A DNA stretch of 64,000 bases from Prorocentrum cordatum (Eukaryota). The notes beneath the pieces were generated by a model, which ran no database searches, was not told the origin of the DNA, and was given only the letters and a program-made list of their open reading frames with translations. Location of the stretch: positions 248,001 to 312,000 of the forward strand of contig CAUYUJ010000059.1 of the NCBI GenBank assembly GCA_963575745.1, read 5' to 3'. Of the stretch, positions 51,913-63,600 are shown piece after piece. A program made the translations under genes and the position numbers. Each line of letters starts with the position of its first letter. The stretch's first letter is position 1.

Positions 51913-52069
51913 GCTAGGGGGCCGCATGCGAACCCTACCCCTACCCCCCACGATTTCTGCGGGGGAGGGTGGGGTTCACTTCGCTTTGAGCTCCCGAACG
52001 AAGTGAACCCCACCCTCCTCCTAAGAAATCGTGGGGGGTGGGGGTAGGGTTCGCATGTGGCCCCCTAGC
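51913..52069. mobile_element. Foldback element, ~71 bp arms and 15 nt loop, TA at both ends
   Basis: GCTAGGGGGCCGCATGCGAACCCTACCCC...GGTTCACTTCG / CGAAGTGAACC...GGGGTAGGGTTCGCATGTGGCCCCCTAGC. Confidence 0.8.
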
Positions 52070-52393
52070 GGCACGGTGGCGGATTTGGACAAGGCCGAGC
52101 AAACAAATGTCGACCCCGGCGACGGGAAGGGCCCGCCGCAGATCCTCGCAGCCGTGGAGGTGGTCTTGAACGTGGTGAAGAAGTTGTTGGAAGGCTTCCA
52201 GTGGGACGAGGATCGCGACGAAGTCAAGAACGCCCTGGAGACAGTGCTCGGCGAGGCGGGCGACAAGCTGAAGAACAGGTGGAAGGACCATCGCGAGACG
52301 CGGAAGAACGTGGATTTGTTACTCGACGAGCTCGAGAAGCCGTGGCGCATCAAGACTCGCGAACCTTTGGCCGAGGACCCGCTGCAGGAATGA
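52070..52393 (+). CDS. Orphan coding-like segment (3' exon or gene fragment), unknown helical protein
   Basis: Protein-like translation (ILAAVEVVLNVVKKLLEGFQWDEDRDEVKNALETVLGEAGDKLKNRW...) with strong GC3 bias, ending TGA; 5' side abuts the foldback element. Confidence 0.45.
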   Translation, partial: GTVADLDKAEQTNVDPGDGKGPPQILAAVEVVLNVVKKLLEGFQWDEDRDEVKNALETVLGEAGDKLKNRWKDHRETRKNVDLLLDELEKPWRIKTREPLAEDPLQE

Positions 52394-52442
52394 AGCCCGG
52401 CGCTGACACTCGAGAGATCTCGGGGGGGGGCTCTCCAGTCGA

Positions 52443-52619
52443 CTACACGTAAGAGTGACCTTTCGCCGGAGTGACCTTTGGTGCGGGCCCAATGGGGTCC
52501 CCCGATCGCCGAACGCGATGCGGTAGTAGCGTCTTGCGCGCTCGTGTTCGGCCCCCTCGCGCCCCCCAAACAGCCGCGCACCAAAGGTCACTCTTACCCA
52601 GGGTCACTCTTGCGTGCAG
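52443..52619. mobile_element. MITE-like element with internally repeated TIRs
   Basis: CTACACGTAAGAGTGACC..GAGTGACCTTTGGTGCG / CGCACCAAAGGTCACTC..GGTCACTCTTGCGTGCAG. Confidence 0.65.
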
Positions 52620-53569
52620 CCGATCCAGGCTGGACATGGCTTCGGCGAGCGAGTTCGCTGGTCGCTACCGCCCGCGCCCGCAGCGCTGGACGTCCTGCGG
52701 CCGAGGCGCCGCGCGGGGGCCCGCCAGGTTGGGCTCCGCGGCGTTCCGGCTGCGGGCCCCTGCCTCGGCGCGGGGCCGGGGGGCCCCCTCGCGGGCCGAG
52801 GCTCGCCGTGGGCGGGGCAGCCCCGCTGTTCCTCGTTCCGCTTTTTTTTGTCCAACCATCCTGTGGTGCTGGGTCCTCGTTTTGAAGAGACGTCGCCCCG
52901 CGTTCCTCCTCCTCCTCCTCTGCTCTCCTCCTCCTCCCCCTCCTCCCCCCTCCCCCCGCGCTTCACCCACCCAGTACAGCGCTTCGTGGCCCCATGGGGA
53001 GCTCCACCGAAGGCCCCAGTGGCAGCGTTCGCATGGCGGCCCCGCCCCATTCCGCTTTTCTTTTCAAGCAGTGGCGAAGCGTCCTGGCGTGCCTATAGTC
53101 CTACCGAACCATGTTCTAAGAACCTCTTGTGGCTCCCACGGGATGTGCTTCGACCATTTCTGGTTGGGGCTGTCCTGTTTTGACACATCGGGTTTATGTT
53201 CTAAGAACGTTGCTTTTTGTGATTCGATCATGTTTGGGTTCTACGAACATTTCGTGGTAGGACTACAGGAATGCCAGGACGGTCGGTCCCTGCACCATTT
53301 GCTTGGTAGCACGACGGCATCAGATGCCCTGACCCCCTCCTGCAAGCAGAATGCAAGCCCGTTGTCCTCCTCCCCGGCGGAAGTTGCGCATCGGTGAAGC
53401 GCGCGGCTGGTCGCGGGCCCCCAGAGAGGGCGCACCTGGTGTCAGCGCCGAGCTTCAGCCTGCCAAGGACGGAGCTACGGCTTCCCGCGGGCCGAAGAAC
53501 GACGACGAGGGTGCGCTGTCGAGGTTCGACCGCTCGTCGCCATCCTCCTCACTATCCCCCTCTTTCCCT

Positions 53570-53584
53570 TCATCGTCGTCGTCG

Positions 53585-53625
<41 letters not shown>

Positions 53626-53644
53626 GTCATCGTCATCGTCATCG

Positions 53645-53683
<39 letters not shown>

Positions 53684-53970
53684 TCATCATCATCATCATC
53701 ATCGTCATCGTCATCGTCATCACCATCACCATCGCCATCATCACCACCATCATCGCCGTCGTCATCAGCATCATCACCATAATCGTCAGCATCATCAGCA
53801 CCGCCATTAATACAGTCATCATCATCACTTTCATCATGATCAGCATCGTCATCATCGTCAGCATCATCAACATCAGCATCATCATCGCCATCATCTTCAA
53901 CATCGTCATCAGCAGCATCACGACCATCAACCGCATCACCAACGTCACCATTATCACCACCATCATCTTT
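53570..53970. repeat. (CAT)n microsatellite, left flank of the LINE
   Basis: Directly visible; the same repeat type resumes at ~60504. Confidence 0.9.
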
Positions 53971-53974
53971 ATGT

Positions 53975-53993
53975 GTAGCAGTTTTGGCTCAAG
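53975..53993 (+). other. 5'-truncated DinoSL relic
   Basis: GTAGCAGTTTTGGCTCAAG is 17/19 identical to the SL 3' portion; ATGGCG follows 6 nt later at 54000. Confidence 0.75.
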
Positions 53994-56789
53994 GCCAAGA
54001 TGGCGAAACACTCACTACCTAAGCAACGGAAGGCTCCCTTCGAACAGGGTACGACAGAAGCGCCCCTCTCAATCGCTCACGTCGAATTCCTGTCCTGTCC
54101 CCAGCAGGCACTTCCAGATTCAAGATTTGGTCCGCCCCAGGCACATTCATACTCAAGTCCTGGTCCGCCCCAGGGACGGTCGCTTCCAAGTCCTGGTCCG
54201 CCTCGCGCTGCTCTCGCCAACGATCGTGCGCGAGGGCCACTGGCCCCGCTACTCTACGTCTTCGCGGCTCTTTGTTGGGGCTGCCCCAACAACGCAATCC
54301 CAGACCGCCAGAGGCATGCAGTCCAGCAGTCGCACTGCCATTTTCTAGCTCGAGCTCAAATTCCCCGTCGCGGGGTTCACGCAGTGGTGGACGCAGCGGG
54401 GACGTCACTCGCCGCGGCACGCGTCGCCAAGCCAGCCGCCGAGAACGACGAGAAACAATCCGTGAGCACGAAGCCCCTGCTGGTGCTTCAGAACGCCGTG
54501 ACCTCCGTCAGGGACGTGACCCATGGGCTGGATCGGGCAGTTCAACACGATGGCGAGACGGAGACGTCGCAGTGGTGGTCTTTGCGTCCGGCAGGACTGG
54601 GCCCAGCAGTTGAGGACCGACTCGCCCTACAGGCGCTGCACAAGCTCTTGGTGCCGACGGCGGCCGCTTCCACTCGCTTCCACCAGCTCGTTCTGAACAG
54701 CAAACTTTCGACTCTGTCGATGATGCCGCCCAAGTTGCTTGAGGTCCGCAGCGCACTCGCGCTCTCGCAGATGCCCCCACCTTCCCTCGTGCGCCACGAC
54801 CTCGGGATGCAGCACTTCCTGGACTTCGGGGGCCCACGCGTCTGCCACGACCACCTGGCGGAGCAGTTCTTGGGGATCTCGCCGCGGCCATTGGCGGCAT
54901 TGCCAACAAGCAGCTCACGCTCGCCACGGAACAGCTCAGCAACCTCTTCGACCACGCCTGGTCCAATGTCCAGGCCGACCACCGCTTCACCATCGGGGCC
55001 TAGTTTGCGCCGCAGCAGGCCCGAGTTGAAAGCGCCGAACGCGACCTCAGCAGCACCCGTCGCCGACAGGAAGCACAAGCAGAAGAGCTAGCCGCGCTGC
55101 GACAATATGTCCAACGACTCGAAGCTGCCATCTCTCTTGCTGAAGCTCAACTTCATGCCGTCGGCCTCGCCAACCTTGCCGAACACGACATCGAGCCCAA
55201 CCCGACCCTCTTCAGCATTGCCCGCAGAAGTCCGACGTGCTACAGTTCAGTGGGTACAAAGTGCACAGCTAGAACCCGCTCACGTCAGAACATCGGAAGG
55301 CGCCCGTCGGTTTCATCTACGCGCACAATGCGGATACGGGGCTGCACTGCATCTGGCCCTTGCCCCCGCTCGCGCCCTCAAGCATGGAGCGCGTCTCTTG
55401 ATTGCCTGGGCCATAACGCGCGTCATGGCCCCCCGCCCCCCCTCCCCTTATAACGCGACGATCCGGCCCCCAGTGCGGCCCCGGCACTGCCACCGTGCGC
55501 ATAGAGATCTGCATCGGAATGCGCATAGGGATCCCCTGAAGGGCCCTCATAGGGACCCGCGCAGAAATCCGCATAGTGGCGGCGGTCGCGGGCAAGTCGC
55601 GGTGCTCCCAGGCACACGTGGCGTTCGTAAAAGACAGAACAATAAGAGGATAGCGACGACGACAGCAACGACGACGGCGACGATGTAGGAGGGAGCTCAT
55701 TCACGCCATGTGGAGGCAACGACGCATTCGCAGGCATGTGCTCGCCACAACTCTTCGCCGTTTTTCATTGTCGGTCGTCGTCGCCAGCGTCGTCGTCGTA
55801 GTCGTAGTCGTAGTCTTCGTCGCTCGTCGTGGTCGTCGTCGTCGCTCTTCGTTGTCGGTCGTCGTCGTCGTCGATATCCGTTGTCGGTCGTCGTCGTCGT
55901 CAGTCGTTGTCGTCGTTGTCGTCGTCTTCCTCGTCATTCGCCTCCGAATCCTTTTCGAAGGTTTCTGGAGGCCTTCGGATGACTTCCAGAAACCTTCTGG
56001 AGGCTTCAAGTGGCTTCAAGGCTTCCTGAGGCCTCGGGAACCTCCAGAAACCTCCGGAAGCCTTGCTCGTCGTCGTCGCCGTCGTCGTCGCTCGTCGTCG
56101 TCGTCGTTTGCCGTGGTCTTTCGTCGTCGTCGTCATCGTCGTCGTCGTGGTTTTTGGTCGCCGCCATCGTCGTCGTCGCTCGCTCGTCGTCGTCGTCGTC
56201 GTAATCGTGGTCGCTCGTCGTCGTCGTGGTCGCTCGTCGTCGTCGTGGTCGCTCGTCGTCGTTGTGGTTGTCGTCGTCGTGGTCGTCGCTCGTCGTCGTT
56301 CGTCGTCGTTGTTCGCGCGGGCGCTGCGGCGGCGCCAGAACCGCGCGTCGGGGGCGGGGGCGCTGCGCCATGCCCCCCCCGACCCTTCCCCCCCATAACG
56401 CCCGTTATCGCCGTTAATAGAGAGACGCGCTCTTGTCGGCGGGCAGCGGCGACGTTGCTGCGCCCGGGTTTTCCGCGGCACCGAGACGCCGCATTTCGTC
56501 TCCACGGGCAAGTCGCTAAAGCAAGTTGGACAGAAGCTCCAACGAAGCGGTTCGCCAATTGGGCATCACGCAACAGGGGGCGGTGCCGATCGCGGAGGTT
56601 CAGCCGCAGCGACCCCGCGAGCAGCCCGAGCCCAAGCGGGGACCAGCTGCAGTCGCACACATGGGCATCACCGAGGACCTTATCAAGAAGTCCGCGTCGG
56701 CCTATGTCTCGATGAACACGTCGCCATGATCTAGGCAACACTAGCTGGGCCCCGCAAGGGGGCCACCAAGAAAGGCGCACCACTACAAG

Positions 56790-59700
56790 TTGACCCCTGG
56801 AAAGCAAGAAGATTATTATGCCGCAGTCCCCGCCGCTGCCGTCTAAGACCCCGCCGCCTCGCGAACGCGCCTATTATCCTGACCCAGGAGTGCCGCGGTT
56901 CGCTCGCGGAGCTGAAGGACATGCTCGCCCGCGACCCCTACTCTCCCTTCTACGTCGCCCGCTACTCGGGCTGCCTCTTGGGAGGCGCGGGCGGCGCTGC
57001 GGCGTTCACCCCTGGGCTCACGCGCGATGAACGCGAGCTTCTGCAACGAGATCGCATCGCTGGTCGCCGCCCCCCCCCCCCCCATCCTTTCTGCAACCCA
57101 CCATCGCCATCGGCATCGCGGTTCCTGGCAGGACCATGCTCGCCCGCGTGGCCAACCCGAACTCGGAGATGGAGACCCGCATCCTCAACGCTCACAACTC
57201 TGAGCTCGCGGAGACCCAGAAGGAAGCGGCGCAGAGTGAGCGGCGGCCCCATGCGCGGCGGGCAGCGGCAATCCCACGCCAGCGCACCGCCGTGGCCACG
57301 GGCGATTTTAATTTCACCGGCAACCCCCTCGCAGTCCGACCTGCCCACGCAACCTGGAGTGCGCAGGCAGACGCAGGAGGGCCGCGCCCAGGAAAACCAG
57401 GTCTTCTGGCGCCAGCCCGCACGCAAGGATGTCATTGAGATCGCCACCGACATCCCGACCCACTTCCCGCGGCATCACCAGGTCGGCACCGACGTCGACA
57501 AATCCTCAATCGCCCCGTCGCCCGCCTTGATTCCGCGCCTAAGCTGCCAGCCCAATTTCGCCCAGGAAGCGCGGCCCCTCTCGGGCGCGCGCCTCAGCGA
57601 CCGAGCTCACCATCCACGCCGAAGAGGTTCCCGGCGAAAACAAGCACCCGATCCCCGACTTCGTCTTCCGCCCGAAGCAACGCAACACCTTTCAAAAAGA
57701 TGCTCGCGGAGGCTGAGCACGACGCCGCGACCAGGCTGCGCCGCTTCGACGTCGCGAAGGAGACCATGGCCATGGCGGCCGATCTCGCCCGCGACGAGCT
57801 GCAGCAGCTCCCGCTGCGCACGGGCGGCGCCAACTTTCTCGAGAATAGGCGCCTCGCGCTCCGCGCAATTGCCCGCGCCGTCTGGCGCTCTGATTGCCGC
57901 GCCGCGCGCTCGCCTGCTGCCGCCGCCGAGCTCGGTCGCGAGCGCCTAGACGCCGCGGGACCTCGCCCGCCGCCGCCAGGCGCGGCTCGAGCGCGCCATG
58001 CGACAGTCGGCCGCCCGCGCAACCCACGCCAATGGCCAGCCCGCTGTGGAAGCGCAGCGCCGTGTCCAGCGGGCGTTCCAGAGGCGCGCGGCGCCTTGGG
58101 CGCCCTGTTCAAAGCGCCCTATCCTTCGCGGCATCACGCGCTGTCAGATTGCCCAGAACCCGAGCGCGGCGGAGGGCGGCCCCCCCCCCACACCAGTAGC
58201 GCGCGCGCGCCGGAGGAAATAGTAGCGGCCCTGCGCTGCCACCGGCGGCTTATCTTGACAGGCAAGGCCGTCACGCGCGAGCTGAGCAGATCAACTCCTT
58301 TGTCGACCCCCCCCCCACCCCCTCGCTTCAACGCGGCTGACCTCCCCAGCCCTTCCCTTACTGCACGGTGCGAGGCATTCAAGCAAGGCGGGAACTCTGC
58401 CCCAGGGCACGACCGTCCCCCGTGCCACGCCTGGCCGGCGGCGACCAGGACCATTGACAGTCGCTACCCCATTGTCCTTTGGCTCTTCAGCGCTGCCCCT
58501 GCACCTCTGACGTTCAACCATTCCGCCCATGTTTCCCCCTGCGAAGGGCGACGAGGTCGGCGGCGCCATTGCGCGCTATCGCTTGCCTGCGAGATGCATC
58601 AGCGGCACGCCCGCTGTCGTTAAAAAACTGCGACGCCAAGGCCTTCGCCACAGAGATTAATTCCCCGCTAACTATGTAAGCCGCGGAGCGAGCGCGCGAG
58701 ACCCGGCAGGGCTTCATACGCAGAAGGACCTTCTGCCATAACATGGACCAGCCAGATGCCCGCGAGAGGGCTGCGGGCATGCGTGAAGACGCAAATTGCA
58801 GGGAGGATGTTTCTTCTTGTAGCTTTCGACATCCAAGCTGCCGTCCCCAGCGTGAATCGCACGTGGCTGTTCGCGGCTCGTGAACGGATAAGGCTTCCGC
58901 CAGAGCACCTCGCTGCCATCGAGAGCCCCCCTCTGCCCTCGCCTGCGCGCGCATCGTCCAGGAGATCGCCCCGCTGCTCTGCATAAATTCAAAGGTCATG
59001 CCAGGCTGCCCCTCCAGCAGCAGCCCCCCGGCTTTCGGCGTGGATCCCACTGCTCGCCTCTTAGGGCGCGCGTTCCCGACGGATCCGCGCAAAGCTTCCC
59101 TGCGATGCTGCGCAGACGACATAGACGCGCCCCTGCAGAAGCTCACTTACCTCATCTGTCTCGCCCTTTCCTCTGCCTCCACCTCGAGCCGCGCCTCCCT
59201 TTATCTCCATTCTCGCAAATGCGTTTTCGTTCCGCTTTGGACTGACAGCGCGAAGATGTGGCCGCAGACATCCGCTCCGTCCAGTACCAGATTCTTCCAC
59301 CATAGCAGAACTTTACATTTGCGAGATAGACGAAGCACCTCGAAGTGCGCGTCGGCCCAGCGGCCACGAACGCCCTCCAGCGGGAGGCCTGCTCGCAGAA
59401 ATGGTGGGGGAGAATCCCGGAGACCTCTGCCTCTGACGCACCCCCCCGATTCCTCCCCCCGGTTGCGCGGAGTCACGATCCACTCCACCGTGGGCGAAGT
59501 CACCCAGTTTCATCTGCCACCGAAGATGCCCCTGCACAGAGAGCCTCGGTGCATTCGCAAGCTGCTCAAGTTGCTTCCTAATTCGCTCACAGGCCACGAC
59601 ATATGGCCCTTCCGAGGCTGGGAGCCCGGCTCCACCCCGACGTCCATTGCGGCGTGCGCGGCGGCGACGAGCTGGCGCGCTGCGCAGGCCACCGTCCTTG

Positions 59701-60470
59701 AGCACGCCTCTTGTTGCGCGGAGCTCCAAGACTGCCTGTGGCGCCATAACACACTCGAACGCCATGCGCACTTCATATGGTCCCCGCCATGCTGGCGCGA
59801 CCCACGGGCCATCGTTCAGTTTTTGCGCGACCGCCCCCGCTCTCTTGCACTTCCGATGGTTGCCGCTGACCCGCAGTGGACTGCTGCGGCAGATACCCTG
59901 CGCGCAGCCACTCTAGCCGCCGCGTTCCAGGAGAAGCCGCGGCTCCAAGGACCACGCGCCCGATCCTTGACCCGCGAATTTTGCCCTGACACGATGCACC
60001 TTCCAATGCAGAAGCGAGTGCGCCCTGGATCCCAGAGCTCCGGGCCCCTCTTCTCGCCCCCACGCCGCCTGGCGCCGAAGGGGGCCGCGGCGAAAACTCC
60101 CCCCACTATCTTCCGGTCGGCAATGAAGACGTTCGCGGCAGGATGGATCACCACCCGGAGGACGCAAATCCTCGGCCAGCGGGGCGTCTTTGGATGCGAG
60201 GACGGTCCCGACGCGAGCGCCCACTACCTCTCCTGCTCCCGCATGTTCCACCTCGTCGCCTTACCTCGTTCTGACCCCCTGCCTCCGTGATCGTCCGATT
60301 CGGTCTTGGGGGGGAGTGACTATTATGATGGGACCATCAGGGAGCGTTCGCTCTGGCTGTTGGCCCTCGCTTTCCAAGTTTACCACGAGCTTCGCGCGCG
60401 CACTCCTGGAGCGCCCAATTTATACCCCGAGCACATTGAAGTGCTCGCAGCTGCTGCACATTCTCTCGAG
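56790..60470 (+). pseudogene. LINE ORF2 remnant: APE endonuclease + reverse transcriptase + Cys/His C-terminus, multiply frameshifted
   Basis: In order: WKARRLL, IILTQECRG, ILNAHN, GDFNF (57301), PTH, LSD (APE); SAPGHD, RPLSLKNCDAK, QGFIRRR, FDIQAAVPSV, GCP, CADDI (~59111), KCVFVPL (RT); FGC...D...HYLSC (C-terminus). Confidence 0.85.
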
Positions 60471-60808
60471 GTGTGCGACGAGACCGTGGCGCCTCAAGCT
60501 ACGCACCATCAGCATCTTCATTTGTATGACCAGCATCATCACCATCACCACCATCATCATCAACGTCCTCATTATCAGCAGCATCATCATCGTCGTCGCC
60601 ATCGTCATCGCTATCGTCATCATCATCCCACTCGCCCTCATCATCAAGCTCGTCTATATTCTCCTCCTCCTCCTCCTCTTCCTTCTTCTCCTCTCCCTCG
60701 TCCTCCTCCTCCTCCTCTTCCTCCCCCCGTCCTCCTCACCCTTCCTCCTCCTCCTCCTCCTCCTCCTCCTCCTCCTCCTCCTCCTCATCATCATCATCAT
60801 CATCATCA

Positions 60809-60843
<35 letters not shown>

Positions 60844-61950
60844 ATCATCCCTCCTCTCTCCTTCCCCTCCTGTTCGGCCGAGGTTCGACCACGCCAGCTG
60901 GCGCTCGCCGACCGTGGACTGGCTACGGCAGGCGCAGCTGTTCACGCCGGCGCTGCTCCCGAAGATGGCCGCACCCGACTCGAAGTCGCGCGGCGTGTAC
61001 GACAGCAAGGAACACCCTGGCCGTGAGCTCGGCGGCGCGCACGAGGGAGTGGCAAGAGGGGGGCATCTTCTAAGAAGGCAGTGAGCTTCTGAGAAATGAT
61101 CCTCCCTCTCCGCCTCCTCCTCCCCTCCTGCTCCTACTCGTCCTCCTCCTCCTCCTCCTCCTCTTCCTTCTCCTCCTCTGATTTATCTTCCTCCCCCTCG
61201 ATCCCCATCATACTCTGTCATGCTTCTCTGAGGTCCTCTTAGGCGGCAGGAGGACTCTTGAAGAGCTGCCATGCCTTCCATGAAGGCCGCCGCCTTCTCG
61301 CCACCCCCTTTCTGCGCTCCGCTGGACAGCCGCCCCGAGGGCAGGGCTGCCCAGGAAAGGTGCCTCGACGCCAGGAAGAGCGATCGAGACCTGGCCGTCC
61401 GGGTCAGTCGTGATTTTTTCTTGACCGATGGATGGCATGCTCGATTGTTCCTGGGGCGGTCAAACAACAATCGGGCCGGACGAGAGGGGGGGATCAGGAA
61501 AGGGGGGGTTACGAAATTTGCTGCATGCAGCTGGTTTCGGCCCCGCCGCCGGGCCCATTCCTCGATACACGGGCGCCTCCCGGCGCCTGGAGGCGCCGGG
61601 AAAATCAGCTGCGTGAGCTGATTCTCAAACCCCCCCTTTGCTATCCCCCCCTTTCGCCCGGCCCGACAGTGGTCAGCAAGCAGGGTCGGAGCTCTCGATT
61701 TCATCTTCGAAGCTCTCCGGCCGGATCGACGTCCGCGCGGGGGGGCGGGGGGGGAGAGGCGGGCGGCGCAGAGCCGAGTCTCGGACAGACCAGCCGTCGT
61801 GGACTGTCGCACGATGCCTCGAGGTCTGGGGAAGGGGAGGAGGAGGAGGAGGAGGAGGAGGAGGAGGAGGAGGAGGAGGAGGAGGAGGAGGAGGAGGAGG
61901 AGGAGGAGGAGGGGCAGGAGGGGGGGCAGGAGGACCAAACCGATGGAAGG

Positions 61951-62060
61951 AGCACTACCACGACACGCTGGAGCGCCTGATGATCGGCATGACGTTCAAC
62001 GACGGCCACGCCGCGCTCATGCCGCGGTGCTTCGAGTCGAAGCCCGGCGGAGCGGGCTCG
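61951..62060 (+). CDS. Orphan exon-like segment (EHYHDTLERLMIGMTFNDGHAALMPRCFESKPG)
   Basis: Almost all codons end in G/C; preceded by AG|G; embedded between (GGA)n tracts; boundaries uncertain. Confidence 0.35.
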
Positions 62061-62185
62061 TGCGGCAACCCGGGGGGTCGCGAACGGAAGGGCTAATTAG
62101 GAGGAGGAGGAAAATATTCGACCGGGGAAGAGGAGAGGAGAGGCGAGGAGAGGAGAAGATAGATGGGGAGGAGGAGGAGGAGGAG

Positions 62186-62216
<31 letters not shown>

Positions 62217-62954
62217 GATGGGGGGGGCGAGGAGGAAGAGGGAGAGGGCGGAGACAACAACGACGACGACGACGACGTTGAGGATGACCATGACGCGGAG
62301 GGAGATGGACCAGCAGCAGGAGGAGGAGAAGGGTTCTGGGAGTTGCAAAGCAAGGGCTCAAAGGTGCACTTGGAGGCGTCACTGTTTCCGGGAAGTTCGA
62401 GGAGCCCTTGAGGAGAAGGAATAGGGGGAGAGGGAGGGGAGAGGAGGCCCGCAGATACGCCAGTACGTACATGTTTCTTTGGATGTGGCTGTGAACGCGA
62501 ACCCCTCCTCCTCTTCCTCCTCCTCATCCTCCCCCTCCTCTTTCTCCTCATCCTGCAGAGAGGAGTCCCCTTCCTCTCAGTTCAGTCGTTACCATCGCTC
62601 CCTCCAACTCTCTTTTGAGCGTCCATTTGCGCGCCGCTGCGCGCGTTTGGCTCAAGTATCTTGTAAGGACGTACTTGCGTGGATCGGGTGTTGCCGCGCA
62701 TGGGCAGGAAAAGGCGCGCTCGCCATTAGCAGCGCGCGCATCATGCACATGTTTACCTCTATCTATGGGAACGTGACCGCCATCTCGCACAACATCGCTG
62801 AGGAACCATCCATCCACAAGTCCCTTGAGAAAAGATCCTCTGAGCTCAGAGATGGGAGCACGGAAGACTCTCGTTTGTCATGGGGATACATTTACACGGC
62901 GAAATACTGGTTATCAGCCGAAAGAGTTGTGGGCTGTGCCTTGGGGTGCCCTTG

Positions 62955-63600
62955 GTGCCCAGCGCAAACTCGAACGATTTGGGCCGTGACGCTTTGCGCT
63001 GGGGCGAGGGAACGCTTGCCCCCTCGCTGACCTCGCCCGTGGGGGGAGGGTGGCGCTCGCGCAGTCCAGCGCGAATCACCTTATCCTGCTGGTTCCCGTC
63101 GTGCTCGTTCTAGTCGATTTGCTGGTGGCGTTGGTGCGTCTTGCGCGTGCGATGCTGCTGGCTGATCAGGGCGCCGGTGCTAGGCTTTGGAGCTGCTGTC
63201 CGGGCTGGGCGGCGGTAGGCGGCGGGCGCTGACGGCGGGCCCACGACGAGTCACGACCCCGTCCTCGCGCTAGCCCTGGCGCTCCTGGTGAGCGCTGCTA
63301 CTGCAAGCCCCGGCTGGCGCAATCCGTTCCCTGGGAGCGACGGCCGTTCGGGCTGGGGGCGAACAGCCCAGTGATGGGGTTCGCAAAACTTCGCGCGGAG
63401 AGATCGCGCATTTCTGCTCCAGGGCGCCCTGGTCCCCAGCGCAAAATGAACGATCTGGGCCATGACGCTTTGCGCTAGAGTGAACGCCCCACCCCCCGCT
63501 TGTCTAGCCTGCGGGGGGGCGGGGGCACTCGCGCAGTCCAGCGCGAATCGCCTGGCGCTGCTAGTTAGTCATGATCGTTCTAGTGGAACTGCTGGTGGCA
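62955..63600 (+). repeat. Imperfect ~170 bp direct repeat pair (62955-63130, 63432-63600)
   Basis: CCCAGCGCAAA...GAACGAT.TGGGCC.TGACGCTTTGCGCT...CTCGCGCAGTCCAGCGCGAATC occurs twice. Confidence 0.7.

Larger units (their letters stand above)
53975..60503 (+). mobile_element. Decayed, probably full-length non-LTR retrotransposon (APE-type LINE)
   Basis: SL relic; ORF1-like region with a coiled coil (AEELAALRQYVQRLEAAISLAEAQL, ~55079); (GTC)n interruption ~55650-56330; ORF2 motifs downstream; flanked by (CAT)n with a 19/23 candidate TSD. Inclusion of 54000-56750 in the element is inferred. Confidence 0.65.

Noticed and set aside
54000..55091. 363 aa ORF as an intact host gene
   Set aside because: No recognisable domain or GC3 bias, and protein-like stretches switch frames; treated as decayed LINE ORF1 region.
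62646..62656. TTTGGCTCAAG as another SL relic
   Set aside because: Only an 11 nt match with no upstream SL similarity, and no credible ORF follows.
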